Both the position numbers and the translations under genes were made by a program. The notes under the pieces are model-generated. The model did no database searches. It worked only from the letters and a program-made list of their open reading frames with translations, and had not been told where the DNA came from. Positions 62,923 through 64,000 of a stretch of DNA of 64,000 nucleotides are shown here, one piece after another. Location: positions 197,015 through 261,014 of the forward strand of contig CAYOQI010000001.1 in assembly GCA_964406075.1 (NCBI GenBank), given 5' to 3'. Source of the DNA: an uncultured Pseudomonadales bacterium (GTDB taxonomy: Bacteria > Patescibacteriota > Microgenomatia > UBA1400 > PJMF01). Numbering within the stretch: the stretch's first letter is position 1; the number at the start of each line of letters is the position of its first letter.

Positions 62923-64000
62923 TTAATTTTCAAAATCAAAAACGGTGTTGTTACCTAACACACCAAGGGTGAACTTATCAATGTTTCCAGTGAAACCATC
63001 AGCATATGGTTCTCCTGCTCGGAAACCCCAGTGAGAGTCAGTCACTCGAACACGAACACTTGGATAGTCAGTTAAGATCTGTGTCCAGGTCTTAGGAGTT
63101 GTTCCAGGTTGTGCATTTGGAGCTGGCCAATTTGCACCTGAATATAACCATTGGGAACTTCCAAGAGCATCCCATTCTTGCCAAGTATCTTCTGAAACAC
63201 TACCGTTGGCACTTGGAACATAAACTAGACGACTCTGCCAAGTATCACTCAAGTTAAAATCAACGTTGAAGTTCAGATAGATTGCTCTTGTAGAAGCACC
63301 TGGATTTGAACTAGGTTGATATGTATTGAACTTCAGTGTGGTGATGTTCGCTAAAGGTGTTCCGGAAAACTGATATGTCGCTAAATTACGACGTTGAGTT
63401 CCAGAAACACTCATTTGAACACTGCCTGTTCCTGCTGGAGGAGTTCCAGGTCCTGCCACAAAGCTACCTAAAGTGGTATCCACTGTATCAGTTTCATCAT
63501 TATAAAAAACCCAATTGCTTGCACTTGGAGTTGCATCAACCGAAGTCACTTCCACGATTGTGTCCGGACTTGCACTCGGTGACGGACTCGGGCTTCCACT
63601 TGGTGATGGGAATAATGAATCCTCACATTGAAACTCTTCATTGTTTCGAGTTTGCACTGCGTAGAAAGACAAGTTTCCAACTAAGCGGTCTGATTGAGCA
63701 ATGTTGGTTGCTTCAGATCCATCACAAGTGTATCCAGGATTTGTAACAACATCACCTGAACCTGGTGCAACTGCGCCTAATGTTAAAGCTCCAAAACACC
63801 ATGCTTTCCCAATGTAGAATGACTGTTCGGCAGGAATACCTGCTGGGACAACTCCACCTACATTATTTTCATCTGAATCAGCAAGGGCGAGAGTTCCACC
63901 AGTTAAAACACCAGAAGCGGGTCCTTCTACAATAAGTGTTTCACCTGTCTCATAGACATTGTCGCCATCATCGTTCCAGAAAGCGAAATTGAGTTCATCA
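62923..64000 (-). CDS. TasA/camelysin-like protein (paralogue P3) with a Pro/Ser linker and an extra C-terminal domain of about 215 aa; 5' end lies beyond the window
   Basis: The track 'M' at 63672 is an in-frame TTG. I translated 63999..63673 with no stop codon: DELNFAFWNDDGDNV...SFYIGKAWCFGAL...SQSDRLVGNLSFYAVQTRNNEEFQC aligns with P1 and P2. The linker SPSGSPSPSPSASP follows, then an unrecognised domain. Confidence 0.75.
   Translation of the reverse strand, partial: DELNFAFWNDDGDNVYETGETLIVEGPASGVLTGGTLALADSDENNVGGVVPAGIPAEQSFYIGKAWCFGALTLGAVAPGSGDVVTNPGYTCDGSEATNIAQSDRLVGNLSFYAVQTRNNEEFQCEDSLFPSPSGSPSPSPSASPDTIVEVTSVDATPSASNWVFYNDETDTVDTTLGSFVAGPGTPPAGTGSVQMSVSGTQRRNLATYQFSGTPLANITTLKFNTYQPSSNPGASTRAIYLNFNVDFNLSDTWQSRLVYVPSANGSVSEDTWQEWDALGSSQWLYSGANWPAPNAQPGTTPKTWTQILTDYPSVRVRVTDSHWGFRAGEPYADGFTGNIDKFTLGVLGNNTVFDFEN

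Noticed and set aside
1-64000. CRISPR array, transposase/integrase, prophage or integrated element next to tRNA-Gln
   Set aside because: There are no regularly spaced direct repeats with unique spacers, and the heptad arrays and R1/R2 copies do not fit that pattern. I saw no DDE, serine or tyrosine recombinase motifs in any ORF. I also saw no duplicate of the tRNA 3' end that would mark an att site.
1-64000. Alternative genetic code (UGA recoding, as in some candidate phyla)
   Set aside because: Well-conserved genes (purA, rny, gmd, rfbB, trmD) are full length under the standard code. Several genes end in TGA at the expected position, including the four-helix-bundle gene and 58908..59855.

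Overview
AT-rich bacterial chromosomal window with about 78 protein-coding genes and one tRNA-Gln(CUG). I found no rRNA, CRISPR array, transposase or integrase. The gene content includes a FemAB-type peptidoglycan bridge enzyme, a four-helix-bundle 'IVS' protein, many small membrane or secreted hypotheticals and sparse biosynthesis. It resembles a small-genome Patescibacteria/CPR-like organism, but that is inference, not proof. The standard genetic code fits.

Recognisable blocks:
- purA
- a KamA-family radical SAM enzyme, a NUDIX hydrolase and a FemAB-family protein
- an OmpR/HisKA two-component system followed by a MacAB-like efflux trio
- a Fic enzyme
- maf
- a cell-wall amidase and a PAP2 phosphatase
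- msrA and msrB
- Sua5/TsaC and a beta-CASP nuclease
- DUF2207 and DUF4349 proteins
- a DipZ-like disulfide reductase
- RNase Y
- a deoxyhexose/glycosyltransferase cluster (rfbB, GT2-GtrA, gmd, an Rmd-like reductase, an RmlD-like reductase) interrupted by trmD

Most interesting observations:
1. Coordinates 55.9-64.0 kb hold a co-directional locus. It has a SipW-type (ER/archaeal-type) signal peptidase and five secreted proteins with TasA/camelysin-like hallmarks. Three are close paralogues with an FFSDTETS...GSIDL N-terminus, one has an added C-terminal domain, and one has FN3 plus a polytopic anchor. A CAP-domain membrane protein follows. I read this as a candidate surface-fibre assembly system.
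2. A structured GC-rich repeat (R2) has a terminal hairpin that buries the only SD-like GGAG tract directly in front of four start codons. One copy is inserted in frame inside trmD.
3. A second hairpin repeat family (R1, TGTCATCC...GGATCC) has about 10 copies, including two complete inverted pairs that look like MITEs.
4. At least 11 intergenic sites carry arrays with a 7-nt period (NAG-N4 on one strand).

All calls come from reading the translated ORFs and the raw sequence. No database search was run, so family assignments are motif-level recognitions.
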